A DNA stretch of 37,438 bases, from positions 1-37,438 of the IMG/VR virus record IMGVR_UViG_3300045988_172593, one strand, 5' to 3'. Shown one piece after another: positions 1-8,302 of this stretch. A program made the translations under genes and the position numbers. The DNA comes from a virus. The notes beneath the pieces were generated by a model. It was not told where the DNA came from. It was given only the letters and a program-made list of their open reading frames with translations, and searched no databases. Positions within the stretch are counted from its first letter, which is position 1. Each line of letters starts with the position of its first letter.

Positions 1-104
1 ACGTAGCTCAAGTTACAATCCCGATAACAGAGTCCACATCAGATGGTACGGCGGGCGATCCTTATTACATTCCTTTTGATTTGGCCGTTATTTGCGTTAA
101 GTAG
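1..104 (+). CDS. 3' fragment of receptor-binding cassette E (duplicate of 37320..37423), truncated at the window edge.
   Basis: The in-frame translation NVAQVTIPITESTSDGTAGDPYYIPFDLAVICVK* is identical to the C-terminus of the ORF ending at 37423. The TAG stop lies at 102..104. Confidence 0.6.
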   Translation, partial: VAQVTIPITESTSDGTAGDPYYIPFDLAVICVK

Positions 105-117
105 CATTCCGTATCCC
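105..117 (+). repeat. Shufflon crossover site (CATTCCGTATCCC), forward orientation.
   Basis: A 12-13 bp core is repeated at 8 loci in both orientations. Every copy reads SVS in the cassette frame. Confidence 0.8.
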
Positions 118-437
118 AGGATACCGGCTGGGTGAACCTGTACAGCGACAGCACGTGGGGAGGCGTGCTATACAGGGCGAAGGCTGGCATCTGCACAATC
201 CAGGTTCAAGTGTACGGCATCAAGGCGAACGACAACTGGAAGGTTCCGATGACGATTCCGGCGCAGTACCTGCCCGACACGTCGCTCTACGCTCCGCTTG
301 CCCACAGGCAAAGCAACAACGTCGCCCAGCTGTGGGTCCCGAACAAGGACCACGAAGACCCCTTCTTGTACATCTATACGCAGGTGGACGCGAACTGGGA
401 GAACTACATCACCGGCATCGTGTCGTATTTCTATTAG
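105..437 (+). CDS. Promoterless C-terminal cassette A of the receptor-binding protein (silent, plus orientation).
   Basis: The frame is open from the site (HSVSQDTGWVNLYSDSTWGG...) to the stop at 437. It shares the SNNVAQ...DPF(L/Y)Y motif with cassette E. No start codon or RBS context. Confidence 0.7.
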   Translation, partial: HSVSQDTGWVNLYSDSTWGGVLYRAKAGICTIQVQVYGIKANDNWKVPMTIPAQYLPDTSLYAPLAHRQSNNVAQLWVPNKDHEDPFLYIYTQVDANWENYITGIVSYFY

Positions 438-745
438 GCCTTGAGATAGACGATTGACCATATCTCGTCGTTCGAGACCACGTCGCTGACCTGCACGATC
501 ATGACGCCGTTCCCGCCAAGCGCGCCGGTTATCGACGGACTTTTCCAAACGGAGTTGCGCCCGTAGGTCACGCCGGTCTCGTGCAGCGGCAACGGGCAGC
601 CGGTCAGCGTCGCGGTTATCCAATTGCACTGACCTGCGTTGATGCGTCCGGCCATATAGACCATGCCCGCGACCTCGACGCAGGTGTCCACGGAGATGCG
701 CTCGTCGGAAGAGCTCACGCTGTAGCTCTTCCGGGATACGGAATC
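434..745 (-). CDS. Promoterless C-terminal cassette B (silent, same orientation as the expressed gene).
   Basis: Minus-strand frame ...LLGDSVSRKSYSVSSSDERISVDT...IVYLKA*. It begins at the reverse-orientation site at 733..745. Confidence 0.65.
   Translation of the reverse strand, partial: DSVSRKSYSVSSSDERISVDTCVEVAGMVYMAGRINAGQCNWITATLTGCPLPLHETGVTYGRNSVWKSPSITGALGGNGVMIVQVSDVVSNDEIWSIVYLKA
733..745 (-). repeat. Shufflon crossover site, reverse orientation (GGGATACGGAATC on plus).
   Basis: It forms a perfect head-to-head inverted repeat with the site at 756..768, separated by a 10 bp spacer. Confidence 0.8.
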
Positions 746-755
746 ACCTAACAGG

Positions 756-768
756 CATTCCGTATCCC
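756..768 (+). repeat. Shufflon crossover site (CATTCCGTATCCC), forward orientation.
   Basis: Exact core copy. It reads HSVSR in the cassette C frame. Confidence 0.8.
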
Positions 769-1025
769 GCGAGTGGCCAATAGGACGCGTCGTATGGCTC
801 GCCGGCTCGGTCACGCCGAAAACCCTCGGGTTGCCCGGCACGTGGAAAAGCTACCGCTGGTCTCTCACGACCAAGGTCGGCTCGGTTCTCGACGTCAAGG
901 GTGGCAGGTACGACGTCGCCGGCGCAGAAGTGCAGATTTACTCGTACAACAATTCCGAAGCGCAAAGATGGCACATCTACGCGGAGGGTCCAGGCGTCGT
1001 CACGCTGTGGGTCAGAACGGCATAG
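756..1025 (+). CDS. Promoterless C-terminal cassette C, carrying a ricin-B-like (QxW) beta-trefoil-type motif.
   Basis: Open frame HSVSREWPIGRVVWLAGSVTPKTLGLPGTWKSYRWSLTTKVGSVLDVKGGRYDVAGAEVQIYSYNNSEAQRWHIYAEG...RTA*. The LDVxG...VQiy..nn..QrW pattern is lectin-like. Confidence 0.65.
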   Translation, partial: HSVSREWPIGRVVWLAGSVTPKTLGLPGTWKSYRWSLTTKVGSVLDVKGGRYDVAGAEVQIYSYNNSEAQRWHIYAEGPGVVTLWVRTA

Positions 1026-1038
1026 CATTCCGTATCCC
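1026..1038 (+). repeat. Shufflon crossover site (CATTCCGTATCCC), forward orientation.
   Basis: Exact core copy immediately after the cassette C TAG stop. Confidence 0.8.
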
Positions 1039-1289
1039 CGATTCAGATTCGCGGATGGAAGGTGCTGGAATCCGTCCAGACGAGCGGGTATCCGGGCGAG
1101 GCCAACCGAAAGATTTATATGAGATACGAGGGAACAGACTCTAGCTGGACGTTCATCCCTATCAGACTGGCGTGGTGCACGGTCGAGGAGATCACCTTCG
1201 ACAGCGGCGGCATAAAGCTGCTCGTCAATCCAACGTACGAGTCGTCGCATATTGGGGTGACTTTGCTAGCGCTCAAGCTCAGTAGATGA
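1026..1289 (+). CDS. Promoterless C-terminal cassette D.
   Basis: Open frame HSVSPIQIRGWKVLESVQTSGYPGEANRKIYMRYEGTDSSWTFIPIRLAWCTVEEITFDSGGIKLLVNPTYESSHIGVTLLALKLSR*. Confidence 0.65.
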   Translation, partial: HSVSPIQIRGWKVLESVQTSGYPGEANRKIYMRYEGTDSSWTFIPIRLAWCTVEEITFDSGGIKLLVNPTYESSHIGVTLLALKLSR

Positions 1290-1328
1290 TTCCCTTGAGC
1301 GCTAATAGGGATACGGCGCTACGGAGTG

Positions 1329-2162
1329 CTACGAGCGCGTCACCGGGAAGACCAACTGTCCGTAATAGTAGGCGTAGCTACTCCCTCCGTGGCTTACGTA
1401 GACGCTAATTTTCCCGGAGTTCTTGACCATGAGCTGCCCGCATATGGAGCTATCGCCCCTGTATCTGAGCGGCGCGATGTATGCGACTTCGTCGCTGCCC
1501 GTTTGGTCGGCGGCCGTGCTCCCTAGCGGTTTCATGCCGTTCGGGAGGGTTCCGATTTTACGATCAGAGTTTGCGACTGGCACGCTCAGGAAGTCGACGG
1601 AGACGATGCAGACGCCGCCCTCGACGCAGCACATGAGGCTGTTGCCGAGGCGGACCTGCTTTCGGGATACGGAAGCTTTAAGCTGGGATACGGAATCCCC
1701 GAGCGTGGCCAAAGGGGTGACGGGATTGAAAAGCTTGACGGGCGTGCCGACGGTGATGCCGTTGAGCGGCACGCGCCACAGCTTCAGGTCGTTGGTCGTT
1801 ACGGCGGGGTCCGCCGCCGTGCCGGTGGTCGGCGTGCCCTTGATGACCATCGGCTCGATGCTCTCGATGCCCTCGTTCGTCTTTGAGTAGCGCGCGACAA
1901 CCAGGTCGTTGCGCTTCTGGCCCTGCGTGCCAGATTGGATGGTGAGCGATGTGGCCGCCTGGTTCCAGAAGCGCTTGCCCCCCACCATGCCGACGCCGGT
2001 TCCGAGGGTGGCGCTGTTGGCGCTGGCCATCGTCAGCGCGAAGTCGTTGCCGTACTTGAGCACGCAGTCCGCCTTGCCGACGGTCGCCGTGTTGAGCGCG
2101 GCAAGGTCGTCGGAGCTGATGTGCTTGGTGCCGGTCATGCCGTCCACTATCTCGAATGCCAT
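1329..2162 (-). CDS. Receptor-binding / tail fibre protein with a shufflon-switchable C-terminus. The constant N-terminal part is about 1698..2162. The currently fused variable part is 1329..1684.
   Basis: A 277 aa ORF at the distal end of the tail module. Two reverse-orientation sites lie inside the CDS and encode ...LGDSVSQLKASVSRKQ... Confidence 0.8.
   Translation of the reverse strand: MAFEIVDGMTGTKHISSDDLAALNTATVGKADCVLKYGNDFALTMASANSATLGTGVGMVGGKRFWNQAATSLTIQSGTQGQKRNDLVVARYSKTNEGIESIEPMVIKGTPTTGTAADPAVTTNDLKLWRVPLNGITVGTPVKLFNPVTPLATLGDSVSQLKASVSRKQVRLGNSLMCCVEGGVCIVSVDFLSVPVANSDRKIGTLPNGMKPLGSTAADQTGSDEVAYIAPLRYRGDSSICGQLMVKNSGKISVYVSHGGSSYAYYYGQLVFPVTRS
1665..1676 (-). repeat. Shufflon crossover site, reverse orientation, one mismatch (GGGATACGGAAG).
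   Basis: A second in-frame site 9 nt from the site at 1685..1697. It encodes ASVS. Confidence 0.6.
1685..1697 (-). repeat. Shufflon crossover site, reverse orientation (GGGATACGGAATC). This is the junction between the constant region and the variable cassette.
   Basis: It encodes GDSVSQ within the expressed ORF. Confidence 0.8.
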
Positions 2163-2396
2163 TTACTGCTCCTTCGCGTTGGTCATGAACTGCTGGAACG
2201 CCGCATCGTGCTGCGCCGCGAGCTTCTTGTACTCGTCCGTGCATCCCTTGCACAAAAGCCTGCTCGCCTTGCTGCCGTACTGGTCGAACCGCTCGACCTC
2301 GCGCCAGTCTCCGGCGGCCGCGGCCCCCTGCTGCAGGTACGCGCTCTCGCCGCAGCGGTCGCACGTGTAGCGCGTGATGTTGTCGGTCTTTGCCAT
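2163..2396 (-). CDS. Small zinc-ribbon protein (CxxC...CxxC) in the tail-fibre cluster. It may act as a fibre assembly factor.
   Basis: 77 aa ORF MAKTDNITRYTCDRCGES...CKGCTDEY, immediately upstream of the RBP gene. Confidence 0.55.
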   Translation of the reverse strand: MAKTDNITRYTCDRCGESAYLQQGAAAAGDWREVERFDQYGSKASRLLCKGCTDEYKKLAAQHDAAFQQFMTNAKEQ

Positions 2397-2405
2397 ATCC
2401 TCTCC

Positions 2406-3089
2406 TTACTTCGTCCTCAGCCACGTGTACGGGCCTACGCTCGGCACCTGCTTCCACGTGCCGCCGACGCTGTTCGGGTTGAACGAGCCGTCGGTCTCCA
2501 CATACTCGCCGACCCGGTGCGCCATGAGCCACGTCGCGTTCGGGTCGGCGGTGTCGAGGATGTGCTGCCAGCCGCCCCATGCTGAAGCGGACGTGCCGCG
2601 GCGCCAGTACATGTCCGCCCCGACCACCGCCACCTGCTTCGGCAGCCCTCCGGAATCATCGTTCCATGGGGTCAGGGTCACGAGCACGGCGAACGTGTCT
2701 CCGGACAGCCCGATCGCGCTCGCGGTCTTGAACTCCGCGTATATGGACTTGGCGTGGCCGCTCATGTACCACGCCGGCGAGCTGTTCGCGTTTCTCGTGT
2801 CGGCTATGCTGCCGCCGCTCGGACCCTGCGGGCCGGTCGGGCCCTGCGGGCCGGTGGCCCCCTTGGGGCCCTGGATTCCCTGCGGGCCCTGAGCACCCGC
2901 CGGGCCGACGGGACCGGTGGGGCCCTGCTTGCCCGTGGGACCCTGCGGCCCCGTCGCGCCCGTCTCGCCCTTCGGCCCCTGCGGGCCGGTGGCGCCGGTC
3001 GCGCCCCTCGCGCCGGTCGCGCCCTGCGGGCCCGTCGCGCCCTTGTCGCCCTTAGGGCCCTTGATGTTGCCGACCAGGAACTTCGCCAT
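2406..3089 (-). CDS. Collagen-like repeat tail fibre protein.
   Basis: [26 protein letters not shown]... long GXY repeats followed by a globular C-terminal domain. Start ATG at 3089. Confidence 0.7.
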   Translation of the reverse strand: MAKFLVGNIKGPKGDKGATGPQGATGARGATGATGPQGPKGETGATGPQGPTGKQGPTGPVGPAGAQGPQGIQGPKGATGPQGPTGPQGPSGGSIADTRNANSSPAWYMSGHAKSIYAEFKTASAIGLSGDTFAVLVTLTPWNDDSGGLPKQVAVVGADMYWRRGTSASAWGGWQHILDTADPNATWLMAHRVGEYVETDGSFNPNSVGGTWKQVPSVGPYTWLRTK

Positions 3090-3091
3090 CG

Positions 3092-5227
3092 TCACCCACC
3101 TATCTCGTAGTAAAGCTCGCCTGTGGACGGGTCGTATGAGAGCGGCGGCGCGGCGCCGCCGTCGGCGACGTGCGACCAGAGGTTCCCGTCCGCGTCCACG
3201 GTGAGCGAGAAGAAGCCCGACAGGGGCGCGGTCACGCCCGAATCGCCGCGGTCGCCCTTCTCGCCCTTGGGGCCTTGGATGCCCTGCGGGCCGCGCTCGC
3301 CCTGCTCGCCCTTGACGCCCTGCGGCCCCGTCGCCCCGGTCGCGCCCTTCGCGCCAGTGGCTCCGGTCGCGCCGGCCGGGCCTTGCGGCCCTTGCGGGCC
3401 TGTCGCCCCCGTCGCTCCCTTCGGGCCTTGCGGGCCGGCGGCGCCGGCCGCGCCCGTCGCGCCGGCCGGGCCTTGCGCTCCGACCGGGCCTTGCTCGCCC
3501 CTCACGCCCGTGGCGCCGCTCATGTCCGCGATGAGCGAGTAGCCGCTCGCTCCCTTCACGTAAAGCTCTGCGTTGTGCGGGTCCTCCACGTCCGAGCCGA
3601 TGACTGCGAAGCCGCCGGCCTTCACGCCGTCGCTCTTCCACCCCGCCTGCATCGCCTCGTAGCTGGAGTAAACCTTCGAGATGGAGAAGCCCTCGCCCGT
3701 GTCGCCCTTGGGGCCTTGGATGCCCTGCAATCCCTGCGGGCCGCGCGGCCCCGTCTCGCCCTGGACGCCCTGTGGCCCCTGCTTTCCCTGGATGCCCTGG
3801 GGGCCCTGCTCGCCGGCGTCGCCCTTGGGTCCTTGCGCGCCCGTCGCGCCCTTCGGGCCTTGCGGGCCGATCTCGCCCTGCGGGCCGGCGTCGCCTTGCG
3901 GGCCTCGCAATCCCTGCGGGCCGCGCTCGCCCGTGGCGCCGGTCTCCCCCTTGGGGCCTTGGATGCCCGTCGCGCCCCGCGGGATGCCCAACGAGAGCGT
4001 CTTCTTCAGGCCTTCGCCGGAAAGCGACGCGGTGGCCTTCGCGCCCTCCGCGAGCGTGGAGACCTCGCCCATCGCGATGCCGGCCTGCGCCCATGTCTGG
4101 AGCGAGTTCGAAGCGTCGGTCGCGGCCTTTTCGGCCTTGGCCTCCACCGCCGCCAAAGCCTCGGAATCGACTTCCGCGCTGAAGGTGTAGTTGGCGAGCT
4201 TCAGGCCCTTGCCGGCCAGGTACGCGTGCCCGCCGCCGCCTTCGGCGGTCCCGCTGCTCGTCGTCTTGGTCGTGGTCTCGGAGCCGACCTCGTATGAGTA
4301 CGTGGCCACGCCGCGGCTGACCTTGACGACCTTCTTGGCCACCGTCGCCGCGACGGTGCGCCCGTGCGCGTTGTCGCGCGCCGAGATCACGTCGCCGACG
4401 TCCACGTCTATGTCGTCGTGGGCGTCCACCTCGACGCTTCCGGTGGTCTGGTACTCCGCGAGCTTCTTGCGGCCGTCCTCCTCCAGCTTGGCCTCGTCGG
4501 CGTTGCTGTAGTCGTACAGCGCCGCTATCTCGTCGACCCCGAACAGCGTCTGCTTGTGGGAGACGTTGCCCTTGGCGTCGGCGTAGAAGTGGACGACCGC
4601 GCGGTTCTCCAGCTCGCCCGTGCCGGCGCAGACCAGGTGGTTCACGCAGCGGTGAACCGAGGTCAGCGTGAAGTCCAGCAGGTCGGAGTCCACCTTGTTC
4701 GCATAGTCCGCCACGGGCGGCAGCGAAAGCTCGACCTTGCTCCCCTTGCGCCGCATCGCCAGCTTGCGGCCGTTGGCCTTGGCAAGCGCCTTGAGGCCGC
4801 TGTAGCCGTCGGTGAAGCGGTCGAAGGCGTAGCTCACCGATGCATCATCGGAAGCGGCCGAGAAGACGGCCGACAGCCCCATGCGGGAGATGAGCGAGGC
4901 GACGACGGCGCCAGCTTTGCCGCTCACGGACAGATAGCCGCTGCCGGAGTTCGGCAGCAGGCGCTTGCCCGCCAGGATGCCGTGCCAGGTTCGTCCCTTG
5001 CACGTGACGGCGCCCGCCGCATCGCGGCCTGCGTCGTAGCTCGACTCGTCGACGACGCCGCCGTACTCGCCGCCGTCGATGAACGCGAACTGCCCCTCCG
5101 CCGGGGCGGCATCGGCGGCGCACGTCAGCTCGAATGAGTTCTCGTCGCTGCCGAACGCCAGGTCCAGCTCGAAGTCCTGCAGCTCCCGGACGTTGCCGAG
5201 CTTGGAGTCGTAGACGACTAGGACCAT
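3092..5227 (-). CDS. Tail-associated protein (Tal-like) with two collagen-like (GXY)n segments.
   Basis: About 711 aa. The N-terminus is typical of siphovirus Tal proteins and lies downstream of Dit. Two long GPQGPKG... repeat blocks. Confidence 0.7.
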   Translation of the reverse strand: MVLVVYDSKLGNVRELQDFELDLAFGSDENSFELTCAADAAPAEGQFAFIDGGEYGGVVDESSYDAGRDAAGAVTCKGRTWHGILAGKRLLPNSGSGYLSVSGKAGAVVASLISRMGLSAVFSAASDDASVSYAFDRFTDGYSGLKALAKANGRKLAMRRKGSKVELSLPPVADYANKVDSDLLDFTLTSVHRCVNHLVCAGTGELENRAVVHFYADAKGNVSHKQTLFGVDEIAALYDYSNADEAKLEEDGRKKLAEYQTTGSVEVDAHDDIDVDVGDVISARDNAHGRTVAATVAKKVVKVSRGVATYSYEVGSETTTKTTSSGTAEGGGGHAYLAGKGLKLANYTFSAEVDSEALAAVEAKAEKAATDASNSLQTWAQAGIAMGEVSTLAEGAKATASLSGEGLKKTLSLGIPRGATGIQGPKGETGATGERGPQGLRGPQGDAGPQGEIGPQGPKGATGAQGPKGDAGEQGPQGIQGKQGPQGVQGETGPRGPQGLQGIQGPKGDTGEGFSISKVYSSYEAMQAGWKSDGVKAGGFAVIGSDVEDPHNAELYVKGASGYSLIADMSGATGVRGEQGPVGAQGPAGATGAAGAAGPQGPKGATGATGPQGPQGPAGATGATGAKGATGATGPQGVKGEQGERGPQGIQGPKGEKGDRGDSGVTAPLSGFFSLTVDADGNLWSHVADGGAAPPLSYDPSTGELYYEIGG

Positions 5228-6048
5228 GGCGGCTCCCCCTCCTCCTCGTACCATGTGAGGTCGAACCCGAACGAGCGGTCCCACTCGACCTCGTGCACGC
5301 CCGGCGAAGCGGGCTGGAAGATGTACTCGCCGCTTCCCGATCCGTTTCCGCGGCGCGCCTTGGCGAACGCGTCGGTGGTCGAGCCGTCAGGCCCGACGAC
5401 GGTCACCGAGCGCGGCGTTGCCAGAGGGTCGACCACCATGTATCCGCCGTCGGGGACGGTCACGTCGACGCGGAACCAGTTCCCGTCGATGCGGATTGCC
5501 GGGTTGACGCACGGCCCGTAGACGATGAACCGAAGCGGAGCCGCGCCCCACCCCGCTATGTCGACGTATTTCCTTGTAGACGGAACGCCGAGGTCGTACG
5601 GCAGGTCGTACGGCAGGTCCAGGAACTCGCCGTCTCCCGAGGTCGCGGTAAGCTGCTCGAACGGGACCGTGTGGCCCTTGCGCCACACGCCGTCGAGCAG
5701 CACCACGGTAAGGTCGGCGGTGAAGAAGCCCTCTGAGACCGTATCGGCCTCCGACTCCATCACCATGCACCGCTGCGACCATCCGTCGACGCTCAACGTG
5801 CCGGCGACGCCTCTTGACACGTCGCGGTCGCACGCCCGGCGGAAAGCATCGGCCTTCGCGACGTCGGCGAAGAACGCCTTGAGCTTCGCCTTGCGCGCCT
5901 TCCTCGTCACGGAAGAGACCGACGCGTAGCCGATCGAGTACGACCATTCGCGGCTGAACAGGTCGCTCGGCCTGCCTACGTAGATGCCGTCGTTAAGGCG
6001 GTACGCATCGCCGCCGACGCCGGAGACGTACACGATGTCGCTACGCAT
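5218..6048 (-). CDS. Distal tail protein (Dit).
   Basis: 276 aa, located between the tape measure protein and Tal. Confidence 0.65.
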   Translation of the reverse strand: MRSDIVYVSGVGGDAYRLNDGIYVGRPSDLFSREWSYSIGYASVSSVTRKARKAKLKAFFADVAKADAFRRACDRDVSRGVAGTLSVDGWSQRCMVMESEADTVSEGFFTADLTVVLLDGVWRKGHTVPFEQLTATSGDGEFLDLPYDLPYDLGVPSTRKYVDIAGWGAAPLRFIVYGPCVNPAIRIDGNWFRVDVTVPDGGYMVVDPLATPRSVTVVGPDGSTTDAFAKARRGNGSGSGEYIFQPASPGVHEVEWDRSFGFDLTWYEEEGEPPWS

Positions 6049-8302
6049 ACGCCACCGCCTTCCTGACCTTTCGGCCGAAGTCCTTGTCTCCCATCACCGG
6101 CGTGTAATCGGCGATGATTGCCGGCAGGTTCGCCGCCAGCCACGCGATGACCGATTCGCCGGACGCGCCGACGGAGACGGAGCCGCCGATGCCTGCCCCG
6201 CCATCGCCGATCGCGGAGCGCACGCGGCCCATGACGCCTTCCATCGCCTCGGTCGGGGTGTCGCCGGCCGCCTCGATGCCCTCTGCCAGGCCCTGCACGA
6301 TGGCCTTGCCGCTGTACGGCGTCCATCCTTTGCCGCTGAACGGGCCTCGCTTCGCAGGGGAGTGCGGCAGGTAGCTCGCGATGGTATCGACGACGGAGCC
6401 GATGGCCGCGCCTGCAGAGCCTATCATCCCCATGATGCCGTCGATGACGCCTTGGACGATGGCCTGGCCGGCGCTCATGGCCGAGCCTACGATGCCGTAG
6501 AGGCCGTCGATAAGGCTTGAGCCGAAGCTCGACGCGGCCTGCGCCGCCTGGGAGGCCATCTGGCCGGCCCATCCCGCGACGGCACCGATGACGGAAGACA
6601 GGAACCCGGACACGTTGCCGGGAAGCTGCGAGAGGAAGCCGACCACGGACGAGATGAAGCCCGAGCCGGCCGAAGCGGCGCTCGAAACCATCGAGCCTAC
6701 CCATCCGGCTACGGTCCCGATGACCGATGCCAGGAAGCCGCCCACGATGCCGGGCAGCTGCGAGAAGAAGCCGGCGACCGACGTCACGAACGCCTGGATG
6801 CTCGCCGGCGCCGCCATGAAGAACTCGACCACGGCTGTGACCGTCTCTATGAGGCCCGTGAAGACCGCCACGACGGCCGACACCGCGTCCACCAGCGTCA
6901 CCAGGACGGCCACGAGCACCTCGCCCAGGAACGACGCTATAGGCTCAAGCCATACCTGGGCCTCGCCGACCGCCGCGAACAGCTCGCCGAACCGCTCTCC
7001 GAGGAACTCCAATGCCGGCAACAGGTATTCGCTGGCCGTGTCGGCGATGCTGCCAAGAAGCGCGCCGACCGTGTCGAGCACGGCCGCCTGCGCCTCCATG
7101 GCCCCCATCTCGTCGAACTTCGATTCCAGCTGGCCTATGCCTTCCGCCGCCCGGGCACCGAAATCCGCTATGGCCCCGAGGAACCCCGACAGCGACTCCG
7201 CCAGGCCGCTCGCCTGGAACGACTGCGCTATCTCGTCGACCTTCTGCTGCGCCTCGGCCGGCAGCGCGTCGTAGATTCCCCTCAGCGCCTCCGCGAAGAT
7301 GTCGCCGACCGCCTGCGCCGCCACCGGCCCAAGCTGCGAGACCAACCCGGGAACCTGGCCTATCAGCGTGCCGATGATGACCGCCATGCGCGGCACCACG
7401 TTGCCCGCCGCCGTCTCGAAGCTCTGCACCAGGTTCTCGGTCAGCTGCTGCATATCGGCGGAGTCGTCGCCCAGGCCGGTCAGCCAGTTCTCCCACGCCG
7501 CCTTCATCGAGTTCACGCTGCCCTCGATGGTGGTGGAGGCCTCGCGCGCCGTCGTTCCGGCGATATTCATCTGCTCCTGGATGATGTGGATTGCCTCGGT
7601 GACGTCGGCGAACGAGTCGATGGACAGGTCGGCCATCTCGCCGTTGGCCTCCTTGACGCGGTTGGCGTCGGAGATGAGGCGCTCCATCTCCTCCTTGGTG
7701 CCGCCGTAGCCGAGCTTGAGGTTATCCAGCATCGTGTAGTTCTGCTTCGCGAAGCCCTGGTACGCCCATTGCAGCGACTGCATGTCCGTGCCGAAGGTGT
7801 TCGCGTTGTCGCTCATGTCGACCATCGCCATGTTGGCGTAGTCGGCTGCGGCGTTCGTGTCGTTGCCCAGCGACTTGATGAGCGCGGCGGAGAAGCCGGT
7901 GACCTGCTCCATGTACTGGTTCGCGCTCATGCCGGCCGTCTGCCAGGCGTTGCCGGCGTTGGACAGCGCCGTCGTCTGCGCCTGTTCGAGCTGCTGCCAC
8001 TTCCCGGCGCACTCGTCGGTGGACTGCCCGGTCAGGGCGGCGTACTCTTCGAGCGACTTGCCCATGTTGCCGAACAGCTTCTGGATGCCGCCGACGTTCT
8101 GCTCGTAGCTCGCGTACATGCCGAGCGCCTGGCTGCCGAGCGCGCCGACCGCCGTGGCCGCCGCCGCGACGCCCGCCGCAGCCGTTCGGCCGATTGCCCC
8201 GAACGCGCCCTTGACCTTCGACGCCACCTTCTCGACGCCGCTCGTGGCCTTGTCGTCGATTCCGATCTTGACCATCAGGTCCAGCAGGTTAATCTCCATC
8301 AC
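6041..8302 (-). CDS. Tape measure protein.
   Basis: 753 aa, Ala/Gly-rich, with hydrophobic GxxxG-rich segments. It lies downstream of the G/GT chaperone. Confidence 0.85.
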   Translation of the reverse strand: MMEINLLDLMVKIGIDDKATSGVEKVASKVKGAFGAIGRTAAAGVAAAATAVGALGSQALGMYASYEQNVGGIQKLFGNMGKSLEEYAALTGQSTDECAGKWQQLEQAQTTALSNAGNAWQTAGMSANQYMEQVTGFSAALIKSLGNDTNAAADYANMAMVDMSDNANTFGTDMQSLQWAYQGFAKQNYTMLDNLKLGYGGTKEEMERLISDANRVKEANGEMADLSIDSFADVTEAIHIIQEQMNIAGTTAREASTTIEGSVNSMKAAWENWLTGLGDDSADMQQLTENLVQSFETAAGNVVPRMAVIIGTLIGQVPGLVSQLGPVAAQAVGDIFAEALRGIYDALPAEAQQKVDEIAQSFQASGLAESLSGFLGAIADFGARAAEGIGQLESKFDEMGAMEAQAAVLDTVGALLGSIADTASEYLLPALEFLGERFGELFAAVGEAQVWLEPIASFLGEVLVAVLVTLVDAVSAVVAVFTGLIETVTAVVEFFMAAPASIQAFVTSVAGFFSQLPGIVGGFLASVIGTVAGWVGSMVSSAASAGSGFISSVVGFLSQLPGNVSGFLSSVIGAVAGWAGQMASQAAQAASSFGSSLIDGLYGIVGSAMSAGQAIVQGVIDGIMGMIGSAGAAIGSVVDTIASYLPHSPAKRGPFSGKGWTPYSGKAIVQGLAEGIEAAGDTPTEAMEGVMGRVRSAIGDGGAGIGGSVSVGASGESVIAWLAANLPAIIADYTPVMGDKDFGRKVRKAVAYA

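Larger units (their letters stand above)
1..119. repeat. Terminal direct repeat, identical to 37320..37438 (circular-contig overlap or att-like duplication). It contains the 3' end of cassette E plus one shufflon site.
   Basis: The first 119 nt (acgtagctcaagttacaatcc...gcattccgtatcccag) match the last 119 nt exactly. Confidence 0.9.

Noticed and set aside
2406-4094. 562 aa minus-strand ORF spanning the collagen-like region.
   Set aside because: Alternative frame of the GC-rich GXY repeat DNA. The real genes are the Tal (3092..5227) and the fibre (2406..3089), which have proper starts. Only the last ~227 aa of this ORF coincide with the true fibre gene.
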